This document shows, piece by piece, positions 30,407-39,539 of a DNA stretch of 64,000 nucleotides; within the stretch, counting starts at the first letter, position 1, and every line of letters starts with the position of its first letter. Origin of the DNA: an uncultured Barnesiella sp. GTDB lineage: Bacteria; Bacteroidota; Bacteroidia; Bacteroidales; Barnesiellaceae_A. The stretch lies in the NCBI GenBank assembly GCA_944321085.1, contig CALUJY010000006.1, positions 12,103 through 76,102 on the forward strand, written 5' to 3'. The notes beneath the pieces were generated by a model. It did not search any database and was not told where the DNA came from. It saw only the letters and a program-made list of their open reading frames with translations. The translations under genes were made by a program, and so were the position numbers.

Positions 30407-31549
30407 ATGAAAAAAATTATCGTTTTTTTATTCGCTCCGTTGTTGATGGCGTCGTGTTCCCATCCGGGAGTGAAAATGTCGTTTGAAGGTTTCGAGAATG
30501 ATACGGTTGTTCTCGTACATGCAGCGATAGACGACTTGTCTAAGATAACGTCTGATGACGACCCGTTGGTGTCGTGCGATACCTTCGTGATGCAAAACGG
30601 GCACGTAGAGTTTGCCTCAGATGCCGAGCGTGCCCAGCAATATATATGCTTGTTACCAGAGGAAGATTATCCGATTATATTTTTTACCGCTCCCGGTGAA
30701 AAATTGGATGTGACGGTAGAGAAACAGCCTTATGGTATGAATTGCGAAATAAAAGGCAGCGAACTTATGGAGAAGATTGGTGCATTGGAACAGGAAGCCG
30801 GTGCGTTCCGCAATGCTGCTATCGAGATTGCAAAGACCGAGATGTTTCCCGAGCAAAAAATCGACAGCCTCGAAACTAAATGCAATGAGGTGTACAGTCG
30901 TTTCTTGCGTACCAACCTCAACCATCCGGCTGTTGTGTGGGCTATGATGAAAGCCCCTGCCGACACGGTATTGCAATACATCGACTTTTTGGGCGAAAAT
31001 GCCAAGGTATCGATACTTTCTCCTATCCTGAGCAATATTAAAAAGCGCATGGAGCGATATGCTATCGTGAAGAATGCACGTGAGGCAATAGCAGAGGGTA
31101 AGTTGGCTCCTAATTTTGTTTTGCCCGACCCCGAAGGGAATAATGTGAGCTTGCAATCGTTGCGTGGAAAATGGGTCGTACTCGATTTTTGGGGCTCGTG
31201 GTGCCCGTGGTGTATCAAAGGCTTCGACAAGATGAAAGAGTACTACGAGAAGTATAAAGACCAATGTACTTTCGTCGGCGTTTGCTGTCGCGATACCAAA
31301 GATGACTGGCTTGCTGCCGTAGAGAAATACGAATTGCCGTGGACAAATTTATATAGCGACCCCAATGCACAACCGGCTCAATCAGTCGAGGTGATATATG
31401 CTGTGCCCGGTTATCCTACCAAGATAGTTATCTCGCCCGAGGGCGAAATCAGCAAAATTGTAGTGGGCGAAGACCCTGCATTCTACGAGGCATTAGATGA
31501 TATCGTAGGTAACAAAGATAGCAAGGACAAGGAGTTAGCTCAGAAATAA
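30407..31549 (+). CDS. TlpA-like thiol:disulfide oxidoreductase lipoprotein
   Basis: ORF trimmed to MKKIIVFLFAPLLMASCS (lipobox) at 30407. C-terminal thioredoxin fold with WGSWCPWC. -7 box TATCTTTG at 30377-30384. Confidence 0.8.
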   Translation: MKKIIVFLFAPLLMASCSHPGVKMSFEGFENDTVVLVHAAIDDLSKITSDDDPLVSCDTFVMQNGHVEFASDAERAQQYICLLPEEDYPIIFFTAPGEKLDVTVEKQPYGMNCEIKGSELMEKIGALEQEAGAFRNAAIEIAKTEMFPEQKIDSLETKCNEVYSRFLRTNLNHPAVVWAMMKAPADTVLQYIDFLGENAKVSILSPILSNIKKRMERYAIVKNAREAIAEGKLAPNFVLPDPEGNNVSLQSLRGKWVVLDFWGSWCPWCIKGFDKMKEYYEKYKDQCTFVGVCCRDTKDDWLAAVEKYELPWTNLYSDPNAQPAQSVEVIYAVPGYPTKIVISPEGEISKIVVGEDPAFYEALDDIVGNKDSKDKELAQK

Positions 31550-31604
31550 GATAAGTATCAGCCCGGCGGCGTGTTGCAAATCGTGACGCGCAGGGAAATA
31601 GAAT

Positions 31605-31652
31605 AAAAAAAGGCGGTTGCATGGATAAAGAAGTCGTGCTGCCGCTTTTTTG
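31605..31652 (+). terminator. Possible terminator after the TlpA-like gene
   Basis: Imperfect hairpin AGGCGGTTGCA ... TGCTGCCGCT followed by TTTTTT. Confidence 0.4.
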
Positions 31653-31729
31653 TGGCTTGTGCTGCCTCAAAGGTATCTTTCGGACAATGTAGGGCAATAA
31701 GAAATACGTTTCGTCGTTTTTACTATACC

Positions 31730-32461
31730 ATGATAATGCGTAGAAGAATAGAAGTCATACTCATAGGCATAGGTCTGTTATTGGGTTGCGTGCCAGCCGT
31801 AGCACAACGTGCAGGAACGGCCGGGCGTAAGATACAGAATCTGCCTTTTGTCGATTATAAGCTGATACACTTCGGCTTCTCTGTGGGTATGCACATGCAA
31901 GACCTTACTTTTACGCACAATGGTTACACGACCGAAGACGGGCAGAATTGGTATATGGAGGTGCCGTCGTTTTCGCCCGGTTTTTGTGTAAATCTTCTGG
32001 CTGACCTTTATTTGTGTCCGCACCTCAATTTGCGATTATCTCCCGGTATATATTTTGGTAACAAGGTGGTGCGATTTCGCGAATACAATAGTGGTGAAAT
32101 GATGTCGCAGAATATCAAGTCGAATTATGTGGTGGTTCCGTTAGACTTGAAGTTCAGTTCGAAACGCTTCGATAACATTCGTCCCTATATTTCGGCGGGC
32201 GTGATGGGTGCGCTCGACGTGGCAAAGCAGGAAAATTCCTATTTGAGATTGAATAAGTGGGATTGTTACCTCACTTTCTCCATAGGTTGCGACACTTATT
32301 TGCCCTATTTCAAGTTTATTCCCGAGGTGAAATTTTGCATAGGCCTCACCGATGTGTTAGACCGCAATCGCGATTTGCCTAATCCTGCCGATATAAAATA
32401 TACCAACTCGTTGGAGCGGCTGCGTTCGGGAATGGTCGTGCTTACCTTCTATTTCGAGTAA
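31730..32461 (+). CDS. porT: PorT/SprT-like outer-membrane beta-barrel (type IX secretion associated)
   Basis: Trimmed to MIMRRR at 31730 (243 aa). Signal peptide, then QNLPFVDYKLIHFGFSVGMH and alternating beta-strand pattern ending in F..E. Matches my recollection of the PorT family in size and N-terminal motif. Not verified by search. Confidence 0.6.
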   Translation: MIMRRRIEVILIGIGLLLGCVPAVAQRAGTAGRKIQNLPFVDYKLIHFGFSVGMHMQDLTFTHNGYTTEDGQNWYMEVPSFSPGFCVNLLADLYLCPHLNLRLSPGIYFGNKVVRFREYNSGEMMSQNIKSNYVVVPLDLKFSSKRFDNIRPYISAGVMGALDVAKQENSYLRLNKWDCYLTFSIGCDTYLPYFKFIPEVKFCIGLTDVLDRNRDLPNPADIKYTNSLERLRSGMVVLTFYFE

Positions 32462-32632
32462 CCGTGTATGTAGTTGCCTGTACATTCTCGTATGAGGGGC
32501 TGTGTTACACAATTCTTCCTTGTGCCTTATAGAAAAAGAGCAAGGCTCGGAGCCGTCTGACTGAAAACTTTGTTTTCATTTGTCACTCCATTCTCCTTTT
32601 TGTATTTTTGTCATAGTAATGGCACCTGAGAT

Positions 32633-33910
32633 ATGAAAGTAGTGCTTATCAATACATACGAGCGTAGGGGTGGTGCTGCCGTTGCCTGTAATCGCTTGGC
32701 ACATGCGTTGCGCGAGGCAGGTGTCGATGCCCACATGTTGGCGGCAACAGCCGTGGGTGACGACAATGTCGTTGCAGGCGCGTGTCGGTCGCGTTGGGCA
32801 AAATGGTGGCAACGTTGGGCATTCCTGCGAGAGCGTTTACAGATATTCCTGTGTAATGGTTTTAGTCGTAAACAACTCTTTACAGTCTCTACGGCTTTGA
32901 CGGGAATAAGTATCGTTTCGCATCCGCTGGTGCGCGAAGCCGATGTAATACACTTGCATTGGATAAATCAAGGGTATCTCTCTTTGCATGAGCTGGAATG
33001 CCTCTTGACATTGGGCAAGCCTGTTGTGTGGACGATGCACGACATGTGGCCGGTCACGGCGATATGCCATCATGCTCGCGAGTGCAATCGTTATACGACA
33101 GAGTGCCGATGCTGTCCTTTTTTGGCTTCGCATGGGAAAGATTTATCGACCCGCCTTTTCCATGATAAACAGAAAATCTATACAAAAGCCCCATTGCATT
33201 TTGTGGCTTGTAGCGGTTGGTTGCGTCGGGAGGCAGAGGTCAGTGCCTTGCTGAAACCGGCCGATACGCTGTGCGATATACCCAATCCCATAGATGTATC
33301 GTTTTTTGCCCCCGATTCGCAAGAGATGGCACGAAAACATCTGGGTTTGCCACTCGGCAAACGGCTTATCTTGTTTGGTGCTGTCAATGCAGCCGATAAG
33401 CGCAAGGGAATCGACTATTTGGTACAGGCATTGCAGGCATTGCATGAACGCTATCCGTCGTGGGACGATAAGGTCGAGTTGGTGGTATTCGGTGCTGCCG
33501 ACAATCTCCCTTTCGAACAATTCCCTTACCGTTGTACGGCTCTCGGGTATCTTGCCGAAGCCGAGTCTGTGCGTGATATGTATCGTGCTGCTGATGTGTA
33601 TGTCACCCCTTCGCTCGAAGAGAATCTGCCTAATACCATTATGGAAGCTATGGCGTGCGGCGTACCGTGCGTGGGCTTTGAGGTGGGAGGTATTCCCGAG
33701 ATGATAACCGAGGGATGCGGTTATGTAGCCCGTTATAAAGATGCTGCCGATATGGCAAAAGGTATCGACTTCGTTTTGCAGGAGATCAACCACAAGTCTA
33801 TGTCGCTCTTATCGCGCCGCATGGCCGAAGAGCGATATGCCGAATTGATGGTAGCCCAACGATATATCGCTTTGTATAAGGAATTATCGGCTCCGCAAGT
33901 AAAACTGTAA
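32633..33910 (+). CDS. Glycosyltransferase family 4
   Basis: N-terminal GGAAVACNRLA and C-terminal EENLPNTIMEAMACGVPCVGFEVGGIPEMI (E-x7-E GT4 motif). Confidence 0.85.
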   Translation: MKVVLINTYERRGGAAVACNRLAHALREAGVDAHMLAATAVGDDNVVAGACRSRWAKWWQRWAFLRERLQIFLCNGFSRKQLFTVSTALTGISIVSHPLVREADVIHLHWINQGYLSLHELECLLTLGKPVVWTMHDMWPVTAICHHARECNRYTTECRCCPFLASHGKDLSTRLFHDKQKIYTKAPLHFVACSGWLRREAEVSALLKPADTLCDIPNPIDVSFFAPDSQEMARKHLGLPLGKRLILFGAVNAADKRKGIDYLVQALQALHERYPSWDDKVELVVFGAADNLPFEQFPYRCTALGYLAEAESVRDMYRAADVYVTPSLEENLPNTIMEAMACGVPCVGFEVGGIPEMITEGCGYVARYKDAADMAKGIDFVLQEINHKSMSLLSRRMAEERYAELMVAQRYIALYKELSAPQVKL

Positions 33911-33931
33911 ACGCTTAAAAGTTAGAATTAT

Positions 33932-34681
33932 ATGTCGGATACTCCGTTGTTTTCTATCATTACAGTGACGTATAATGCTGCTGTCGTATTGCTGCCTACT
34001 TTGCAAAGTGTGGCCGAGCAGAGTTGCAAAGAGTATGAGTATATTGTGGTAGATGGTGCTTCGACTGATGGCACGTTGGAGCTTGTGCGCCGGTCGGGTG
34101 TGCCGACATGTATCATCAGTGAGCGAGACAAGGGTATATACGATGCCATGAACAAGGGCATGAAGATAGCCCGAGGCACTTATCTCATCTTTATGAATGC
34201 CGGCGACGCCTTTCATTCGACCGATACGTTGCAGGCTATCAAAGAGCGCATCGGTACCCGTCGTCCCGGTGTAATATATGGCGAGACGGCAATTGTCGAT
34301 GAGCAGCGGCAATATGTAATGATGCGCCGCTTGCGTGCGCCCGAGCATCTGACGTGGCGTAGCTTTGCCGTGGGTATGGTGGTGTGCCACCAAGCCTTTA
34401 TTGTGCGTCGTGACCTTGCGCCGCAGTACGATTTGAGTTATCGCTATTCGGCCGATGTCGATTGGTGTATCCGTTGCATGAAACGCAGTGACGAGATGTT
34501 CAATACGCACTTGGTATTGGTCAATTACTTGCGTGAAGGGACAACGACCCGCAATAGGCGTGCTTCGTTGGAGGAGCGGTTTCATATTATGTGCAAGTAC
34601 TACGGTACATTGCCTACGGTATTGCGTCACATTTGGTTTACAGTACGTTTCGGCATAGCCAAGATAAGAGGAACGGAGTAG
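33932..34681 (+). CDS. Glycosyltransferase family 2
   Basis: FSIITVTYNAA...VVDGASTDGT...FMNAGD, GT2 (DxD-type) motifs. Confidence 0.85.
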   Translation: MSDTPLFSIITVTYNAAVVLLPTLQSVAEQSCKEYEYIVVDGASTDGTLELVRRSGVPTCIISERDKGIYDAMNKGMKIARGTYLIFMNAGDAFHSTDTLQAIKERIGTRRPGVIYGETAIVDEQRQYVMMRRLRAPEHLTWRSFAVGMVVCHQAFIVRRDLAPQYDLSYRYSADVDWCIRCMKRSDEMFNTHLVLVNYLREGTTTRNRRASLEERFHIMCKYYGTLPTVLRHIWFTVRFGIAKIRGTE

Positions 34682-34906
34682 TATTGTGTTGTAATTCTGT
34701 TCTTGTATAGAACTTTGCCGATACTTCGGCAGAGACGGGCCTGTCGGTATGAATAGATTGCCTGTGCGGAAGTCTTTTGAGGGGAGAGGGGGTATGAAAA
34801 TTCGTTATTTCTGTTAGAAAAGTAGTCTTGTTATATCTTAGCTGCACGTTATGCAGCCGAAGTATAAGACTTCGTTTTATATGGACGGAGGCAGGATAAC
34901 GGGGAG

Positions 34907-34953
34907 ATAAATAAAGAGGATGAACCCCCAGCGGGTTCATCCTCTTTATTTAT
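34907..34953. terminator. Bidirectional terminator between GT2 and the T9SS cargo operon
   Basis: 21-bp perfect stem ATAAATAAAGAGGATGAACCC (34907-34927) pairs with GGGTTCATCCTCTTTATTTAT (34933-34953). The A/T-rich stem base can provide T-tracts on both strands. Confidence 0.8.
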
Positions 34954-34970
34954 TATCGGTGGATAAATCT

Positions 34971-37757
34971 TTATCTTACAGGAACTTTATATACAAATTC
35001 GTGGTCTATGGTTCTTACTTTGACCATGATAAATCCTTTTATTCCACGGAGCGGGATGATTACGTTATCACTGCCGTTTATCTCCATGCTACCGATGGAA
35101 CGTCCTTGCAAGTCGTATATGGCGATATCTTTGACATATACTCCTGAGTTGATGATATTGACATATCCGTCGAATGCCGACACTTTCAACGATGAGGCAT
35201 TGGCGAGACTTACGGCAGCTCTACCAGATGTAAATCGTTCTTGTGCAGCCCAAGAGCTGATGCGGTCCATTGTACAAGCGGCGCGTACAGTCCACAAATA
35301 TGCAGTTTCGTCTTCCAATTCGGTGAAGGTGTAGGTCTCTTCTGCCACGCCTTCGATAACTTCCCACGATGTAGCGCTTCCGGGACGATAGCGTACATCC
35401 CAAGCAAGATGCTCTTCATTGCCTGTCCAAGAAACCTTGATATATTCGTTCTCTATCATCTCTGAGGTGAGGTTTGTCGGAATGGGGCATTCGGGGAGCG
35501 GTTCGGTAGTGAAGTTTGCTGTCTCTGACCACTCTGTGGTGTCGCCCTCGGCAACGATACCGCGAACTTTCACCTGATAGGTAGTTTCGGCTGTAAGGTC
35601 TATCAATTCGGCTTCAAATCCGTTGATAATTTTATACGTCCACTCATCGCCTTCTTTGCAAGAAGCCATTTCGTAATTTTCTTGTTCTCCACGCCATGTG
35701 ACAAGAGCCGAATTGTAAGTTATTTCTCCAATTGTAACAACGGGGATGGCAGGAATTTCGCGGCCGTCTATGTTGAATTTTTCGATGATGAGACGAGCGC
35801 CGGCGGCATTGTAATTCTTCCAGTAGATACGTATTTGCACTGTATCGTTGGTGTACGACGAGAGGTCGCCTTCTACTTGGGCAAACGCTTTAAGAGAGTC
35901 TAATTGAAGATTATTTTGGGCAGTGTACTCTTTGATTGTCTCGAAGTTGATGCCGTCTTTGCTCACTTGCAGAGCGAAAGTATCGGTTTCAGCCCATTCG
36001 TTATATGGAGTCGAACCTGTCATACGCGACCATACCGACATGTTGTATTTGAAGGTAACAGCTACGTCTCGTTTGTCTATGAGAATAGGACTGGTTGTGA
36101 TGGTGTTTAACTTACCATTCATAGCGTCGCCGATAGTAAGATTACACTCCAACTGGTATTCATCCTCGCCGCCTACTTGGTTGTATTGTGTCGATACGCG
36201 GAAAGTACCGCCTTCTTCATACCAATCTACGGGCAGACCATATCTTTCTGCTTTTGAAAGGTCGGGGGTATAGGGCAGAGTTGCTATGGTGGCACCTCTT
36301 GCATCTACTACCTCAGTAGAGTACTCCATATCGGCATTTACGCTGAACGCACGCAGGTAGTATCCTGTTCCTTGTTCGAGCCCGTCAATCTCGATATTTT
36401 CGGCAGTTCCGCCAATATATATTACTTTACCGCCATTCTCGGTGATGAAATCACCTACCTCATAGCTTCCCTCGGGGGTGCCGATATAGGGCTCTTGTCC
36501 GTAGTTTATAACAGGCTCATAGAGCGAATCGCACATAGCAACGAGAACATTGTCGCCGTTTTCGTTTGCAGTTATCGATACGACGAGTTTATCAGTGCCT
36601 CTTTCGGTTATCGACAGTCCGGCGGGAGCCGTCGGCATAGTGCGTATGGCAGCTGTCAGAGGAGCATCGGTGTTATAAACCGGACCTTGTTTGCAGAACG
36701 AGTTGGCAGCCATGATAAAGACATGGTAAGTTGTTGTTCCTTGTAAAGAGGCATCGGTTGCAAACGTTCTTACCGTATCGTAAGAAAGTACGGTCGCATT
36801 GCCTAAAATATCGCCTTTGGCATAGTATGTACCGGTTTGAGGCAATTCAGTGAGAGCTTCGTCGGTTGTTAATAAGGTGAGATAATGGTCGGCGTTTTCG
36901 CACGGTTCGAATGAGCCGTTTATCTGGGTTGTGCTGACTTCATATTGTAGCGAGGAGGGTTGGCTTGCAGGAACTTCACAGGCAGAGGGGGGTGTGAATG
37001 TAAAAGTCAGCCCATCGGTGATATTGCTGTCGTCGCCGAAATATATGAGGGCATCGCCCATCTTGGCAATGGTGTTTTGCCAATCATCGTTGGCGTTATA
37101 ACGGCACTGTATATCATCTTCGTTGCCTCGCAATCCCACTCTGCAACTCTTGGAGCTGCCATTGAAATTGTTCCAGTTACGGAATACAAACTCTATATTG
37201 CTATTGGCCTCATAGAGTTTTATCTGCATATCGACAGCCTTGATGTTTTCTCCCCAAAAGTCGAGACCTAATCCCCAATTTTTGTATTGTACTACCAATA
37301 CGCGGTTGGGTGCCTCGCCTATGAGTTTGTAGCTGATGACTGTCGAGTCAGAGCCGTATACATCGGTGTTGGGCATCACACCAAAACAATTTGTGCGGCC
37401 TTCGCCATCACGAACAAACATGTAAGCTCCTGATTCAGGGTTGACTGTGACTTGGTCGCGGCCGACTGTTATATAACCGTTGGAGCCAATGACAAATTGA
37501 TTGCAGAAAACGTCATTGTATTCAAATTCGAAGCCTATGGGGAATCCGGCTGACGTTGTAAGTTCCGTTACAGCCAACTCCGGATAGAAAGCGCAACTGT
37601 TCAGGTTGTTAGGGTCGATGGCGTTGCTCACTACAATGCCATCTTCTATTTCTTCGTATGTTCCTACAACACTACCGAAGCCATATCCCGATATGACTTG
37701 GCTGCTTGCCATTGTCAGGCAGCCCATCATTATCGATAATAAAAAGAGTTTTTTCAT
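34971..37757 (-). CDS. Large secreted T9SS cargo protein (FN3 domains plus type-A C-terminal sorting domain), function unknown
   Basis: Signal peptide MKKLFLLSIMMGCLTMASSQ. Two FN3-like units near the C-terminus (ETTYQVKVRGIVAEGDTTEWSE and ETAYLWTVRAAC...SSWAA). A MAM/choice-of-anchor-like block (ALQVSKDGINFETIKEY). C-terminal tail IAIYDLQGRSI...KGFIMVKVRT...KVPVR matches the T9SS CTD pattern. Confidence 0.8.
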   Translation of the reverse strand: MKKLFLLSIMMGCLTMASSQVISGYGFGSVVGTYEEIEDGIVVSNAIDPNNLNSCAFYPELAVTELTTSAGFPIGFEFEYNDVFCNQFVIGSNGYITVGRDQVTVNPESGAYMFVRDGEGRTNCFGVMPNTDVYGSDSTVISYKLIGEAPNRVLVVQYKNWGLGLDFWGENIKAVDMQIKLYEANSNIEFVFRNWNNFNGSSKSCRVGLRGNEDDIQCRYNANDDWQNTIAKMGDALIYFGDDSNITDGLTFTFTPPSACEVPASQPSSLQYEVSTTQINGSFEPCENADHYLTLLTTDEALTELPQTGTYYAKGDILGNATVLSYDTVRTFATDASLQGTTTYHVFIMAANSFCKQGPVYNTDAPLTAAIRTMPTAPAGLSITERGTDKLVVSITANENGDNVLVAMCDSLYEPVINYGQEPYIGTPEGSYEVGDFITENGGKVIYIGGTAENIEIDGLEQGTGYYLRAFSVNADMEYSTEVVDARGATIATLPYTPDLSKAERYGLPVDWYEEGGTFRVSTQYNQVGGEDEYQLECNLTIGDAMNGKLNTITTSPILIDKRDVAVTFKYNMSVWSRMTGSTPYNEWAETDTFALQVSKDGINFETIKEYTAQNNLQLDSLKAFAQVEGDLSSYTNDTVQIRIYWKNYNAAGARLIIEKFNIDGREIPAIPVVTIGEITYNSALVTWRGEQENYEMASCKEGDEWTYKIINGFEAELIDLTAETTYQVKVRGIVAEGDTTEWSETANFTTEPLPECPIPTNLTSEMIENEYIKVSWTGNEEHLAWDVRYRPGSATSWEVIEGVAEETYTFTELEDETAYLWTVRAACTMDRISSWAAQERFTSGRAAVSLANASSLKVSAFDGYVNIINSGVYVKDIAIYDLQGRSIGSMEINGSDNVIIPLRGIKGFIMVKVRTIDHEFVYKVPVR

Positions 37758-37776
37758 AATGTGATATTATTGTGGG

Positions 37777-39528
37777 TTAGTTGATGATTATTTTAACCGT
37801 AGAGATACCCTCTTGCGAGGCGAGAGTTGCCAAATATACACCCTTGCTGAGGTTGCAAGAAGAGGCATTCCATGTTACATAGTGGCTGCCTTGCGGCATA
37901 ATACCGTTGTAAGCTGTTGTGACGAGTTTCCCTTGCAAATTATAGATGGAGATGGTAACCGGTTGCTCTTTTTTGTTGACAACTTGGAAGATGGCTTCAT
38001 CGTTTATGATGGTCGATAGTGCTTTGAAACCGGTTGTTTCGGTACGTGTAGCTTTTACGGCTCCCGACCCGGGATTGCCTAACGTCATATTACGATTGAT
38101 ACGTTGCATGTATAAGCGGTCTACGTTGTTGTCGCCGCCAAGGACACCATTGTCTTCCCATTTTGCTACCCAGTACTCTCCTTTGGCCATTGGGGTGACT
38201 ACAAGAGATGCTTTTTCAGAAACATTTTCTGTGAAGGCAAAAGGTTGCTCTTCCCAAACCGATTCGCCTGTTTCGCTATTGAGCAGCATGGCATAGCACG
38301 TAACGTCGCCGAAACCATACGAATGGTTCATCATGTAGAAGACTCCCATTTCGCCTTCTCCTCCCGGTTGCAAATCCATGTATGCAATCGGCTGTGTATC
38401 CATGGGGCATAGTTCAAGGCCTTCTTCTCCCCACAACAATTCGCCTTGCAGAGATACGCGTTGGGCTACCAATCGATACCAATTTTGGTTGGCGTCTGTT
38501 TCGCGCCACAAAGCAATGAAGCTGTTTGTTTTCGAGTCGTAGCGGGCTGTGACATTGAAAGAACGCCAGCCGGCATATCCCAGTTTCTGTGCCTCTTCAC
38601 CGGCCGTAAATCCCAATTCTCCGTTGGGCTTTACATAAGAGAGGTATGCCGATTCTATATTGGTATAGTAACGGTCGTCGTTCCAAGCGATGATTGCGCC
38701 GCCATCACCCGACGGTTGTACATCGAGTATCGTCCACAGAGGAATAGATCCGAAGCCTCCGCGATAGATGCGGGTATCCTCAGGCCATACGGGTGTGCCG
38801 TCGAAATCGATTTTCCGTGCATACAAGTCTTGGTTCGACCCTTTGGCATAGACCAAAATGAATTGGTTGTCGCCGGCATTTACCAAATAGGGATACATGT
38901 AGGTCGATGTGTTGTCTATGAGGCGAACGTCATCGGCATTCCACAGGAATTCGCCGTCGTTTGATACTCGTTGCATCTCAATGGCAAAGAGGTTGCCATT
39001 TAAGCGCATCCAAGCAAAAACGTAACTGCCATCTTCGAGTTGTATTACTTTCATGGCAGCACTCGTTTCGTAAGTGATTCCTCCGTCGATAGAGAGACCC
39101 TCGTTGCCCCAAAGCATTTCGCCTTCGGGAGAAATTTTGTAGATGGTGTAACTGAGACGTTGCTCTTCGGAAGGAGAGTTGCGTAAGTCGTGTACCACAA
39201 CAAGGGCATTTCCATCTTTATCGACCATTACAAGTTGGTTTACAACCGTGTAGGTCATGTTGCGCTCTTCCGAAACGAGAAGACCTTCTTCGCCCAGAAG
39301 TTTTACGCCGGTAGAGTCTATGGCTTGTACGGTCGTAGCCACAGTGCCGTTTTGCGGATGATATACGCAAAGCCATGTGGTGCCGTCTTCGCCCATTTGC
39401 ATTTCGTTGGCATAGTAGCTCTTTCCATCAGGCCATACGAGCATGCTTTCTGAGGGATTGTCATTCCATTGTGCCATGGCCATTAAGCAAGAGATGGCAC
39501 AGATACAAGTGAGTAGTCCTTTTTTCAT
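37777..39528 (-). CDS. Secreted repeat (beta-propeller-like) protein with T9SS C-terminal sorting domain
   Basis: Signal peptide ending AMAQ. At least seven spaced repeats of the form x(Q/K)(R/K)(V/I)xxxGExLW. CTD ISIYNLQGKLV...GVYLATLASQEGISTVKIIIN. Confidence 0.75.
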   Translation of the reverse strand: MKKGLLTCICAISCLMAMAQWNDNPSESMLVWPDGKSYYANEMQMGEDGTTWLCVYHPQNGTVATTVQAIDSTGVKLLGEEGLLVSEERNMTYTVVNQLVMVDKDGNALVVVHDLRNSPSEEQRLSYTIYKISPEGEMLWGNEGLSIDGGITYETSAAMKVIQLEDGSYVFAWMRLNGNLFAIEMQRVSNDGEFLWNADDVRLIDNTSTYMYPYLVNAGDNQFILVYAKGSNQDLYARKIDFDGTPVWPEDTRIYRGGFGSIPLWTILDVQPSGDGGAIIAWNDDRYYTNIESAYLSYVKPNGELGFTAGEEAQKLGYAGWRSFNVTARYDSKTNSFIALWRETDANQNWYRLVAQRVSLQGELLWGEEGLELCPMDTQPIAYMDLQPGGEGEMGVFYMMNHSYGFGDVTCYAMLLNSETGESVWEEQPFAFTENVSEKASLVVTPMAKGEYWVAKWEDNGVLGGDNNVDRLYMQRINRNMTLGNPGSGAVKATRTETTGFKALSTIINDEAIFQVVNKKEQPVTISIYNLQGKLVTTAYNGIMPQGSHYVTWNASSCNLSKGVYLATLASQEGISTVKIIIN

Positions 39529-39539
39529 AATATTGTTTT

